From Sphingobium sp. (GTDB lineage Bacteria > Pseudomonadota > Alphaproteobacteria > Sphingomonadales > Sphingomonadaceae), in the NCBI RefSeq assembly GCF_035511395.1, contig NZ_DATKFP010000441.1:34213-98212 (forward strand): a DNA stretch of 64,000 bases, written 5' to 3'. Below the pieces are notes generated by a model. The model saw only the letters and a list, made by a program, of their open reading frames with translations. It searched no databases and was not told where the DNA came from. Shown one piece after another: positions 10,621-19,416 of the stretch (position 1 is its first letter; every line of letters starts with the position of its first letter). Position numbers and translations under genes: made by a program.

Positions 10621-11025
10621 TCAGGCCGCCTGCTTCTGCTTCGGCCGGCCCAGTTCCATATCCATCAATATCTGAACCGATCGTACCGCCCCGCAAAAGG
10701 CGCAGGCGACCGCGTCGCTGCACGCGTGGATGATCGGCGCGGTCCGCCGGCCCTGTAGCAGGTTGATCAGCATATTCTCGTCCTCGGACAATGCCGGCAC
10801 GCGCCCGGTCCGCAGCCGCCGGCCGAGCATCGTTTCCGTCAGTCCGAGCAGACTGTCGATCGCAGGCAGCAACTGTGCCCAGCCATGCCGGCCAAGCCGT
10901 GCATGAAGGCTCGCCAGCACGGGGCGCCCCGACCGCCGCGCCGCGCTCCAGTAGCGCATGGCGTCGACAAAGAGAAAGAGCGCCGCCGGGCTGTGGCGGG
11001 CGATCCGGGAAGAGGGGTGAGTCAT
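10621..11025 (-). CDS. Hypothetical protein (134 aa)
   Basis: ORF fills the gap, aaaagg RBS upstream, protein-like composition; no motif recognised. Confidence 0.65.
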   Translation of the reverse strand: MTHPSSRIARHSPAALFLFVDAMRYWSAARRSGRPVLASLHARLGRHGWAQLLPAIDSLLGLTETMLGRRLRTGRVPALSEDENMLINLLQGRRTAPIIHACSDAVACAFCGAVRSVQILMDMELGRPKQKQAA

Positions 11026-11325
11026 GGGATAGCCTTTTCGTGAAGCCTGTCCCCCTTTGTCCGGCTGCTCGTTCTCTGCGGAACGAGTCGGGCCGAGGAT
11101 GTGTTAGGCCGCTGTTATGTCCTGAAAATTTCATGCACATAACGGATGTGACGCGGAGCGGGCGGAATATGCGCCAAATTGTCATGAGTCTTCCGCTCGC
11201 CGACGGCTTGACGAACGGCCATTTCCTCAAGAAGGACGGCGGTTCGACAAAATCGCGGCGAATGCCCGAGCATTTTCAAGTCGGCCGGTGACGGTCGACG
11301 GCTCGGGAAATGCGGTACCGAAGGA

Positions 11326-11360
11326 CTAGAGTGTTTTCGCTGCACGCGAAAACACTCTAG
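11326..11360. repeat. Perfect 15-bp-stem palindrome with CTAG ends
   Basis: ctagagtgttttcgc-tgcac-gcgaaaacactctag upstream of prfB. Confidence 0.8.
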
Positions 11361-11403
11361 ATGGGATATTCCTGTCGCGTGACAGGAAGAGTGGAGAAAG
11401 ATC

Positions 11404-12531
11404 ATGCGCGCCGAAGCGCAGCAATATATCGACCGTATCGACGCCGCGCTGGATCTGCTGCGCCGTTTTCTCGACTGGGACCGGGCGCTGCGCCGTCTGG
11501 ACGAGCTGAATGCGCGCGTCGAGGATCCGACCCTGTGGGACAATGCGAAGCTGGCGCAGGAAGTGATGAGGGAGCGCACCCGGCTGGACAGCGCGATCGG
11601 CGCAACCCGGTCGATCGAGGCCGAGAAGACCGACAATGCCGAACTGATCGAAATGGCGGAGGCCGAAGGCGACGAGGATATGGTCGCCGAGGCGATCGCG
11701 TCGCTCAAGGCGCTGGCCGACCGCGCGGACGAGGACAAGATCAAGGCGCTGCTGGCCGGTGAAGCCGACGCCAGCGACACCTATCTCGAAATCCATGCCG
11801 GCGCGGGCGGCACCGAAAGCCAGGACTGGGCCGAAATCCTCAGCCGCATGTATCGCCGCTGGGCCGAACGCCGCGGCTTCAAGGTGGAACTGGTGGACTA
11901 TCAGGCCGGCGAAACCGCAGGCATCAAGTCGGCGACCTTCCTGTTCAAGGGTGAGAATGCCTATGGCTATGCCAAGACCGAAAGCGGCGTCCACCGCCTG
12001 GTCCGCATCAGCCCCTATGACAGCGCGGCGCGCCGCCACACCAGCTTCTCGTCGGTGTGGGTCTATCCGGTAATCGATGACAATATCGATATCGAGGTCA
12101 AGGAAAGCGACCTCAAGATCGACACCTATCGCGCATCGGGCGCGGGCGGCCAGCACGTCAACACCACCGACTCCGCGGTCCGCATCACCCACGTCCCGTC
12201 GGGCATCATCGTCGCGTCGCAGAATGACCGGTCGCAGCACAAGAACCGCGCGACGGCCATGAACATGCTGAAGGCGCGCCTTTACGAAGCCGAACTGCGC
12301 AAGCGCGAGGAAGCGGCATCGACCGACTATGCCGCCAAGACGGAGATCGGCTGGGGCCACCAGATCCGCTCCTATGTGCTCCAGCCCTATCAGCTGGTGA
12401 AGGATCTGCGCACCGGCGTCACCTCCACTTCGCCCGACGACGTGCTGGACGGCGCGCTCGATCCCTTCATGGCGGCCGCGCTCAGCCAGAAGGTGACGGG
12501 CGAGAAGGTCGATGTGGAGGATGTCGACTGA
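11404..12531 (+). CDS. prfB: Peptide chain release factor 2
   Basis: GAGGTESQDW, HRLVRISPY (SPF-type motif), GAGGQHVN (GGQ), WGHQIRSY; continuous ORF. Confidence 0.97.
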   Translation: MRAEAQQYIDRIDAALDLLRRFLDWDRALRRLDELNARVEDPTLWDNAKLAQEVMRERTRLDSAIGATRSIEAEKTDNAELIEMAEAEGDEDMVAEAIASLKALADRADEDKIKALLAGEADASDTYLEIHAGAGGTESQDWAEILSRMYRRWAERRGFKVELVDYQAGETAGIKSATFLFKGENAYGYAKTESGVHRLVRISPYDSAARRHTSFSSVWVYPVIDDNIDIEVKESDLKIDTYRASGAGGQHVNTTDSAVRITHVPSGIIVASQNDRSQHKNRATAMNMLKARLYEAELRKREEAASTDYAAKTEIGWGHQIRSYVLQPYQLVKDLRTGVTSTSPDDVLDGALDPFMAAALSQKVTGEKVDVEDVD

Positions 12532-13265
12532 TGATGCGGGCGGCATTGGCGGGCATGCTTGTCCTGCTCGCCGCCTGTGATCAGCTGACCGGCGGCAACG
12601 AGGCCCAGCGCCCCGTCGCCGCGCAGGATTTCCCCCGCGCAGACCGCCCGGTCGCGCCGATCGTGTCGACCCGCTGGTCGAGTGAGGAAGCGCGCGACCG
12701 CGTCAACGAAGCGGAGGACATCATGGACCGGGCGAAGGTTCGCCCAGGCATGACCGTGGCCGACCTTGGCGCGGGCGAGGGCTATTATACCGTCCGCTTG
12801 GCCCAGCGCGTCGGCGCCAAGGGCCGAGTCCTCGCCGAAGACATATTGCCCGAAGTGATAGAGGCACTGTCCCGCCGCATCACCCGCGAGAAATGGGACA
12901 ATGTCAGCGTCAAGCTGGGCGCGCCGGAAGACCCGCGGCTTCCGGAAAACAGCTTCGACCGCATCTTCATGGTCCATATGTATCATGAGATTTCGGAACC
13001 TTACGCCTTTCTCTGGCATCTCAGCCCCGCGCTCAAGAAGGATGGCGAACTGATCGTGGTCGATGCCGACCGGCCAACCGACCAGCATGGCACGCCGCCG
13101 CGCCTGCTCGCCTGCGAACTGGCGGCGATGGGCTTCCGTATGGAACAGCTGATTCCCAAGCCTACCGCCGGCGGCTATTTCGCGCGCTTCCGCCGCATTG
13201 CGGCACGGCCCGATCCGGCCAGCATCGTACCCTGCGCCTTCACTGGTCCCGAAAAACAGGGTTAA
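12531..13265 (+). CDS. Class I SAM-dependent methyltransferase, possible lipoprotein
   Basis: VADLGAGEGYY motif I; LLAAC lipobox-like N-terminus. Confidence 0.85.
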   Translation: MMRAALAGMLVLLAACDQLTGGNEAQRPVAAQDFPRADRPVAPIVSTRWSSEEARDRVNEAEDIMDRAKVRPGMTVADLGAGEGYYTVRLAQRVGAKGRVLAEDILPEVIEALSRRITREKWDNVSVKLGAPEDPRLPENSFDRIFMVHMYHEISEPYAFLWHLSPALKKDGELIVVDADRPTDQHGTPPRLLACELAAMGFRMEQLIPKPTAGGYFARFRRIAARPDPASIVPCAFTGPEKQG

Positions 13266-13331
13266 CGTCCAAATATAGGGACACCCGACTTCGCACCTGC
13301 GTTAGAATTTGTGCAGTCGGGGAGATCAACG

Positions 13332-13628
13332 ATGATTGATAACGAGTCCCTGGTCGCCGCGCGTCGCGCGGTGCGCCTCAAATTGTTCGAGCCTGTGGTG
13401 CTGCGGGTCCATGGCGTCGCCGAGCGCGCGCATCTGCTGGACCTGTCCGCCACAGGCGCGCTCGCTCATTGCGAGCAGCCTCCCTACACCGGCGACGCGG
13501 TGCGGATCGAAGGCGAAACGCTCTCGATCACCGGTCGCGTGATGTGGGTGCTGGGCAAAAGATTCGGCATCCATTTCGACCGGACCCTGACCGACACGAT
13601 GGTGCTGCGCGTTGTGGAGGGCGACTAG
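13332..13628 (+). CDS. PilZ domain protein
   Basis: RRAVR (RxxxR), DLSATG (DxSxxG), GRVMW...FGIHF; ggaga RBS. Confidence 0.85.
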   Translation: MIDNESLVAARRAVRLKLFEPVVLRVHGVAERAHLLDLSATGALAHCEQPPYTGDAVRIEGETLSITGRVMWVLGKRFGIHFDRTLTDTMVLRVVEGD

Positions 13629-13702
13629 GTTTTGCGGGGTGGGAGGAATCCCGCCAGCTTTCCATCGGCATTTCAGTGATCGAAAAACGGCCGCAGGCTC
13701 TT

Positions 13703-13771
13703 TCTCCCTCCGTGTTCTCCGTGCTGCCGCATGACTTAATTTTTCGCGCGGAGGCGCGGAGAACGCGGAGA
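13703..13771. repeat. Intergenic inverted repeat (ctccgtg... / ...cgcggag type)
   Basis: ctccctccgtgttctccgtg ... cgcggaggcgcggagaacgcggag, imperfectly complementary arms between convergent genes. Confidence 0.5.
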
Positions 13772-13846
13772 AGGAAAGAGGACAGCAAAGGGTGGCTAGG
13801 AGACTGACAGGTTTCGACTTTAATAATACAAACGCAGACTTGGCCG

Positions 13847-14158
13847 TCAGTCGATGAAGTTACCAGTCGTAGCCGCTGTTGGTTCCTCTAGTTCGGAAGC
13901 AAAGCTTCTGAAAATCTCGCGGAGCGCAGTATCCCGATTTCGAAGCCCCTCTTTGGCAAGGGCATCTGCGAGATGCTTGGCAACATCAGCTAGTATAATG
14001 CCCCACGCTGTGTCTTCGGGTATTGGGCCACTTTCTTCGTAGACGCCGACCTTCAATGAGCAATGTAGCTTTTGCTCAGCGATCCAAACGCGGAGAGGCT
14101 CCCACGCATCAGCGTCACGCAATGCCGCAGGGGGGATCGCCCGTTCGTCCATGGTCAC
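13847..14158 (-). CDS. DUF5076-like protein
   Basis: EPLRVWIAE..LHCSL...WGIILADVAKHLADA pattern; visibly AT-richer than flanks. Confidence 0.7.
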   Translation of the reverse strand: MTMDERAIPPAALRDADAWEPLRVWIAEQKLHCSLKVGVYEESGPIPEDTAWGIILADVAKHLADALAKEGLRNRDTALREIFRSFASELEEPTAATTGNFID

Positions 14159-14260
14159 TCCAATTCACGACGACTGCTAATCACATGCTGGCGGCCCGTC
14201 CGCAATCAGGAACTGATCGCGCCGCCTTGAACGTCAAAAAATGGTCGAAAGCGGCCGCCT

Positions 14261-14416
14261 CTATCCCTTCCGCCGCCATCGCCGGAACAGCGATACGCCC
14301 AGGAATCCCCCGCCCACGACCGCCGCGATCGCGCCGCCGGCTGACGCCAGGGCCCAGGCGCCGGCGGCGAGCAGGCCCGTCAGGAAATCGACGATGATGA
14401 GGGTGAGGTGGATCAT
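14261..14416 (-). CDS. Small Gly/Ala-rich membrane protein (51 aa)
   Basis: Manual translation MIHLTLIIVDFLTGLLAAGAWALASAGGAIAAVVGGGFLGVSLFRRWRRKG; two hydrophobic segments, basic tail; starts 18 nt after the upstream stop. Confidence 0.55.
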   Translation of the reverse strand: MIHLTLIIVDFLTGLLAAGAWALASAGGAIAAVVGGGFLGVSLFRRWRRKG

Positions 14417-14434
14417 GACAGGAACAAGACGGCA

Positions 14435-15145
14435 CTAATGTCCCAGTTCCTTGGCTTCCTGATATTTCAGTTCCAGAAACCGGTTCTGCGTCGCCAGCTT
14501 GTCGAGGTCGCCGCTCGCCAGAGTCTCGGTCATCCGCGCGATTTCGGCGTCGATGACGGATAGACCCTCGACCAGCTGCTTTTCCGGCACGCGGCCGTTG
14601 CGCTCCTCGCGCCGCAGCGGTTCGGGAATCGACTGATAGCCCGTCACCAGTTCGGGCAGATGGTCGGACAGCAGCTTGCGGATTTCCTGTGCAGCCGGTT
14701 CCTGCTCGCCCAGCCGCTCCAGTTGCGGCGCCAGCGTCTCCAGCCGCACGCCGATGCTGTCGACCAGCGTGACAGCCGGCGCGGGCAGGGCCTTGCGCTG
14801 GTTCTCCAGCCATATTTCGGTCCTGAGCGGCAGGGCGGTGAGTTCGCTTTGTGCCAACGCTTCCGTCCGCACCCGCCCTTCCGAAGGCAGGAGGGCGATC
14901 AGCAGCACTGCCGCGATCATCACGCCCAGCGCGATCATCACGCCGGTCACGCCCAGCGGCAGGATGAACCCCGCCACCGCGCTGCCCAGCACCACAGCCA
15001 GCACGGCCCAGAAGGCATATTTGACCTTCCGTATCAGCCCGGCATTGCGCCGCTGCCGCGCGCGCGTCGACAGACTCTGCCCGCGCTCGCTATGGCGGCG
15101 CAGTACGGCCTCCGCATCGGCCAGCACCCGGTCGGATCGGCTCAT
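14435..15145 (-). CDS. Membrane protein, XpaC-like partner of TelA
   Basis: Two TM helices then a helical domain (LLSDHLPELVTGY ... LATQNRFLELKY); downstream of TelA. Confidence 0.7.
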   Translation of the reverse strand: MSRSDRVLADAEAVLRRHSERGQSLSTRARQRRNAGLIRKVKYAFWAVLAVVLGSAVAGFILPLGVTGVMIALGVMIAAVLLIALLPSEGRVRTEALAQSELTALPLRTEIWLENQRKALPAPAVTLVDSIGVRLETLAPQLERLGEQEPAAQEIRKLLSDHLPELVTGYQSIPEPLRREERNGRVPEKQLVEGLSVIDAEIARMTETLASGDLDKLATQNRFLELKYQEAKELGH

Positions 15146-15164
15146 GCCTTGCCCTCCAGCAAAC

Positions 15165-15241
15165 CCGTTCGGTTCGAGTAGCCGTCGAACTTGTCGAGAC
15201 GGCGTATCGAGAACAGTTCTCGACAGGCTCGAAGCGAACGG
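15165..15241. repeat. Family A repeat with nested inner hairpin
   Basis: ccgttcggttcgagta-gccgtcgaacttgtcgagacggc-...ttctcgacaggctcgaagcgaacgg. Confidence 0.75.
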
Positions 15242-15263
15242 AAAAGGGCGGGGCGCACGTTCA

Positions 15264-16475
15264 TCACCCCTCGATCGCGCTCAGCAGGGGATTGTCCGCG
15301 CGCACTTCCTTCGCGGCCTGGGCCTGCCCCTCGGCGCGGGCGATATAGCCCTTGGACTTTTCGACCTCGTTCGACAGCGTGTTCACCGTCGTCTTCATAT
15401 TCTCCAACGCCTTCATCTTGAACGTGTCGATATTGTCCATCGTGTCGTAGATATTCTGGAAGGCGCGCTGGAGCGTCTCGATCGGAATCGTGCTCGACGC
15501 CGCCTGCTCGTGAATCTGCGCGGTCTGGCTCTTGAGCAGTTCGCCGGTGCGGTCGATCATGTTGGCGGTAGTGGTGTTGAGCGCGCTGATCTGCTCCAGC
15601 ACCAGCCTCTGCCCGGCCAGTGCCTGCGCCACCGTCACCGCCGTGCGCAGCGCCGCCACGGTCGTGGTGCTGGCGCGGTCGACGCCCTTCACCAGCTCGA
15701 CATTGTTCTTCTTGACCAGATCAAGCGCCAGATAGCCCTGCACCGTCACCGCCATCTGCGTCAGCAGATCCTGCGTGCGCTGGCGGATATAGAAGAGCGC
15801 GCTTTCGCGGATCGCCTTGGCCTTGGCCGGGTCGGTCGAATCCAGTTCCAGCGCCTTGGATTCCAGCCGCTCATCCATCGTCTTGCTGATATGGATCATC
15901 TGCTCCAGACGGCCCATGGTCTGCCACATATTCTGGCGTTCCACGTCGATCGCGGCATTGTCCTTGATCAGCACGTCCTTGCCGCTGGCAAGGCTGCCGA
16001 GGATCGAATTGATGTGCCCCTGCGCGCTCTTGTAGCCGTCGAAATAGTCGCGCATCTTGTTGCCGAAGGGGATGATGCCGAACAGCTTCTTGGGCGCCAG
16101 CAAATTGCCGCGCTTGCCCGGATCGAGGTCTTCGACCGTGCGGCGCAGTTCGGCGAGGTCGGCGCCGACCTTGGTATCGCTGTCCATCGCGCGCACCGGC
16201 CGGTCGAGGAAGCGGTTGGAGTGGCCGGCGGCTTCCGCGATTTCCTTGCGGCCCATATTGGTCAGCTGGTCGACCCGCACGCCGAATTCCGGCGAATTGG
16301 CGTCCTGCGCGACGAGATCGGCGATGAAGGCATCGACCTTCTCGTCCAGCTTCGACTTCTTCTCCTCCTCGATCGGAACGAGGCCAGACGCCTTGTCGGG
16401 CGCAACCACGGGCACCGGGTCGGGCGGCGTCAGATTGAGCGTGTCAGCGGTAGCGGTCGGCGCGGTCGAAGCCAT
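15264..16475 (-). CDS. Toxic anion resistance protein (TelA family)
   Basis: VGADLAELRRTVEDLDP, KKLFGIIPFG, LVKGVDRASTTTVAALRTAV, IETLQRAF. Confidence 0.9.
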   Translation of the reverse strand: MASTAPTATADTLNLTPPDPVPVVAPDKASGLVPIEEEKKSKLDEKVDAFIADLVAQDANSPEFGVRVDQLTNMGRKEIAEAAGHSNRFLDRPVRAMDSDTKVGADLAELRRTVEDLDPGKRGNLLAPKKLFGIIPFGNKMRDYFDGYKSAQGHINSILGSLASGKDVLIKDNAAIDVERQNMWQTMGRLEQMIHISKTMDERLESKALELDSTDPAKAKAIRESALFYIRQRTQDLLTQMAVTVQGYLALDLVKKNNVELVKGVDRASTTTVAALRTAVTVAQALAGQRLVLEQISALNTTTANMIDRTGELLKSQTAQIHEQAASSTIPIETLQRAFQNIYDTMDNIDTFKMKALENMKTTVNTLSNEVEKSKGYIARAEGQAQAAKEVRADNPLLSAIEG

Positions 16476-16630
16476 GTCATCTCCCAATAGCCCAAATCGG
16501 CCATCGACTGTCATATGTGCATAAAACAGTCGGGCCGCAAGTCTGCCCGCCTGCTATAAAGCCTCCGCCCATGCCATTGCAATCGCTCGACGGCCGGTTA
16601 GCATGGCCGGACATTGGGAGAGGAGGCGGG

Positions 16631-16951
16631 ATGACGCAGCAAGAGGAAGATGCCCGGATCGCGGCGGTTGCGGCCGATCCGCGCTATGTCGCGCTGGTGG
16701 CGCGGCGCGCGCGGCTGGGCTGGTGGCTATCGGCCGTCATCTTCTGCGCCTTTGTCGGCTATCTGCTGCTCATCGCTTTCGACAAGGCATTGCTGGGCGC
16801 GCCGATCGGGGCGGGGGTGACGTCGATCGGCATTCCCATCGGCCTTGGCCTGATCCTGCTGGCGATCGCGCTGACCGGCCTCTATGTCGCCCATGCCAAC
16901 CGCCATCATGACGCGCAGATGGCGCAAATCCTCAAGGACCATGGTGCATGA
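16631..16951 (+). CDS. DUF485 (YjcH-like) membrane protein
   Basis: [11 protein letters not shown], two TMs, YVAHAN; overlaps the actP start. Confidence 0.88.
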   Translation: MTQQEEDARIAAVAADPRYVALVARRARLGWWLSAVIFCAFVGYLLLIAFDKALLGAPIGAGVTSIGIPIGLGLILLAIALTGLYVAHANRHHDAQMAQILKDHGA

Positions 16952-18639
16952 GGGCGTGGCTCGTCGCGCTCGCGCTGATCCCGTCTCCCGCCTTCGCCGC
17001 CGCGCTGGAGGGCGAGGCGGAGCGCCAGCCGATCAACTGGGTGGCGATCGCCATGTTCGTCGCCTTTGTTGGGCTGACCCTCTGGATCACCAAGGCGGCC
17101 GCCGCGCGGACGCGCACCGCGTCGGATTTCTACACGGCGGGCGGCGGCATCACCGGCTTCCAGAACGGCCTCGCCATGGCGGGCGATTATATGTCCGCCG
17201 CCTCCTTCCTGGGCATTTCGGCGCAGATCTTCAACGACGGCTATGACGGCCTCATTTACTCCACCGGCTTTCTGGTGGGCTGGCCGATCCTGCTGTTCCT
17301 GATGGCGGAACGGCTGCGCAATCTCGGCCGCTTCACCTTCGCCGACGTCGCCTCATACCGCTTCGCCCAGCCGCCGGTGCGCAGCTTCGCGGCGGTCAGT
17401 ACGCTGCTGGTCGTCAGCTTTTACCTGATCGCGCAGATGGTGGGGGCGGGACAGCTTATCAAATTGCTGTTCGGTCTCCCCTATGCTCTGGCGGTGGTGA
17501 TCGTCGGCGCGCTGATGATGCTCTATGTCCTGTTCGGTGGCATGCGCGCGACCACCTGGGTGCAGATCATCAAGGCGGTGCTGCTGCTGGGCGGCGCAAG
17601 CTTCATGGCGCTGATGGTGCTGGCGCAGTTCGGCTTTTCGCTGGAGACTTTGTTCGCCCGCGCGGTGGAGGTCAAGGCGCAGGCGGCGTTGGCCGACGGC
17701 GCAAGCGCGAGCGAAGCGGCGGAACGTGGCCGCTCCATCATGGCGCCGGGCAATTTCATCAAGGATCCGGTGTCGGCCATCTCCTTCGGTCTCGCGCTGA
17801 TGCTCGGCACGGCGGGCCTGCCGCATATATTGATGCGCTTCTTCACCGTGCCGGACGCGAAGGAGGCGCGCAAGTCGGTGCTGTGGGCGACCGGCTGGAT
17901 CGGCTATTTCTATATCCTGACCTTCATCATCGGCTTTGGCGCGATCGTGCTGGTGGGGACGGATACGGGCTATCTGGATGCGGAGGGCGCGCTGCGCGGC
18001 GGCGGCAATATGGCGGCGATCCACCTTGCCCACGCCATCGGCGGCAATGCGTTTCTGGGCTTCATCTCAGCCGTGGCCTTCGCGACGATCCTCGCCGTGG
18101 TAGCGGGGCTGACGCTCTCGGCCGCCTCGGCTGTCAGCCATGACCTCTATGCCACCGTGTTCAAGCAGGGGCAGGCCAGTTCGGTGGACGAACTGCGCGT
18201 GTCGCGGCTGACGACGCTGGCGTTGGGTGCGCTGGCGGTGCTTCTGGGGCTGGTGTTCGAGAAGCAGAATGTCGCCTTCATGGTCAGCCTCGCCTTCGCG
18301 CTGGCGGCGTCGGGCAATTTCCCGGTGCTGATCCTGTCGCTGCTCTGGAGCGGCTGCACCACGCGCGGCGCGGCCTGGGGCGGGACGATCGGATTGCTGA
18401 CCGCCTTCATCCTGACCCTGCTGTCGCCTGCGGTCTGGACCACCACCTTCGGACTTGGGCTGGCGCCTTTCCCCTATAGTTCGGCCGCGATCTTCTCGGT
18501 TCCGGCGGGTTTCATCGCCATCTGGCTGATCTCGCGCCTCGACGCCTCGCCCCGCGCTGCTATCGACAAGGCAGGCTGTCCCGCCCAGCGGGTGCGCGCC
18601 GAAACCGGTATCGGCGCCTTCGCCGCGAGCGACCATTGA
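16948..18639 (+). CDS. actP: Cation/acetate symporter (SSS family)
   Basis: [59 protein letters not shown]. Confidence 0.92.
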   Translation: MRAWLVALALIPSPAFAAALEGEAERQPINWVAIAMFVAFVGLTLWITKAAAARTRTASDFYTAGGGITGFQNGLAMAGDYMSAASFLGISAQIFNDGYDGLIYSTGFLVGWPILLFLMAERLRNLGRFTFADVASYRFAQPPVRSFAAVSTLLVVSFYLIAQMVGAGQLIKLLFGLPYALAVVIVGALMMLYVLFGGMRATTWVQIIKAVLLLGGASFMALMVLAQFGFSLETLFARAVEVKAQAALADGASASEAAERGRSIMAPGNFIKDPVSAISFGLALMLGTAGLPHILMRFFTVPDAKEARKSVLWATGWIGYFYILTFIIGFGAIVLVGTDTGYLDAEGALRGGGNMAAIHLAHAIGGNAFLGFISAVAFATILAVVAGLTLSAASAVSHDLYATVFKQGQASSVDELRVSRLTTLALGALAVLLGLVFEKQNVAFMVSLAFALAASGNFPVLILSLLWSGCTTRGAAWGGTIGLLTAFILTLLSPAVWTTTFGLGLAPFPYSSAAIFSVPAGFIAIWLISRLDASPRAAIDKAGCPAQRVRAETGIGAFAASDH

Positions 18640-18640
18640 A

Positions 18641-18687
18641 CCATCCTGCCTCTCCTCGCGTTCGACGCGCGAGGAGAGGCAGGATGG
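18641..18687 (+). promoter_or_regulatory. Perfect 20-bp hairpin covering RBS and ATG of the DUF899 gene
   Basis: ccatcctgcctctcctcgcg (18641-60) is the exact reverse complement of cgcgaggagaggcaggatgg (18668-87). Confidence 0.7.
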
Positions 18688-19382
18688 ACCAGATACTGAA
18701 ACCCGCAGAGACGTTGGCGGCCGGCCGCAAGCCGGTCTTCCCCGGCGAAAGCGACGCCTATCGCGAGGCGCGCACCGCCTTGCTGGCGGAAGAGATCGAG
18801 TTTCGCCGCCACATGACGCGCCTCGTCGAACAGCGTCAGGCGCTGCCACCCGGACCGCTGATCGCGAAACATTATCGCTTCAAGGACGAACAGGGGTTCG
18901 AGGTCGGCCTGTCCGACCTGTTCGGCGACAGGCAAGTGCTCGTCACCTATTACTGGATGTACGGCCCGGAACGGGAGCGGCCCTGCCCGATGTGTACCAA
19001 CTGGGTCGGATCGGTCGACGGCAACGCCGCCGACATCAAGCAGCGCGTCGCCTACAAGATTTTGGGCCGTAGCCCGGTCGAACGGCAATTCGCCTTCGCG
19101 CAGGAGCGGGGCTGGCGCAACACCGACTTCGTCCAGACGATCGGCGACGATTATGCCAATGACCTGGGCCTGCTCCAGCCCGACGGCGAATATCCCGCGC
19201 TCGTCGTGTTCCGGAAGGACGAAGACGGCATCCGCCTCTTCTGGATGAGCGAGATGACGGGCGAGATGGCCGATCCGGGGCAAGACCCGCGCGATGCCCC
19301 GGACATCGCCTCGCTCTGGTCGATCCTCGACCTGACGCCGGAAGGCCGGCCACCGACCTGGTATCCCAAGCTGCGCTACTGA
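18684..19382 (+). CDS. DUF899 family thioredoxin-like protein
   Basis: YREARTALLAEE, RQALPPGP, PCPMCT, WSILDLTPEGR. Confidence 0.88.
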   Translation: MDQILKPAETLAAGRKPVFPGESDAYREARTALLAEEIEFRRHMTRLVEQRQALPPGPLIAKHYRFKDEQGFEVGLSDLFGDRQVLVTYYWMYGPERERPCPMCTNWVGSVDGNAADIKQRVAYKILGRSPVERQFAFAQERGWRNTDFVQTIGDDYANDLGLLQPDGEYPALVVFRKDEDGIRLFWMSEMTGEMADPGQDPRDAPDIASLWSILDLTPEGRPPTWYPKLRY

Positions 19383-19410
19383 AAAGGGGCGGTGTCGCCA
19401 CCGCCCCTTT
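19383..19410. terminator. Bidirectional intrinsic terminator
   Basis: aaaggggcggtg-tcgc-caccgccccttt between convergent genes. Confidence 0.75.
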
Positions 19411-19416
19411 CATCGT

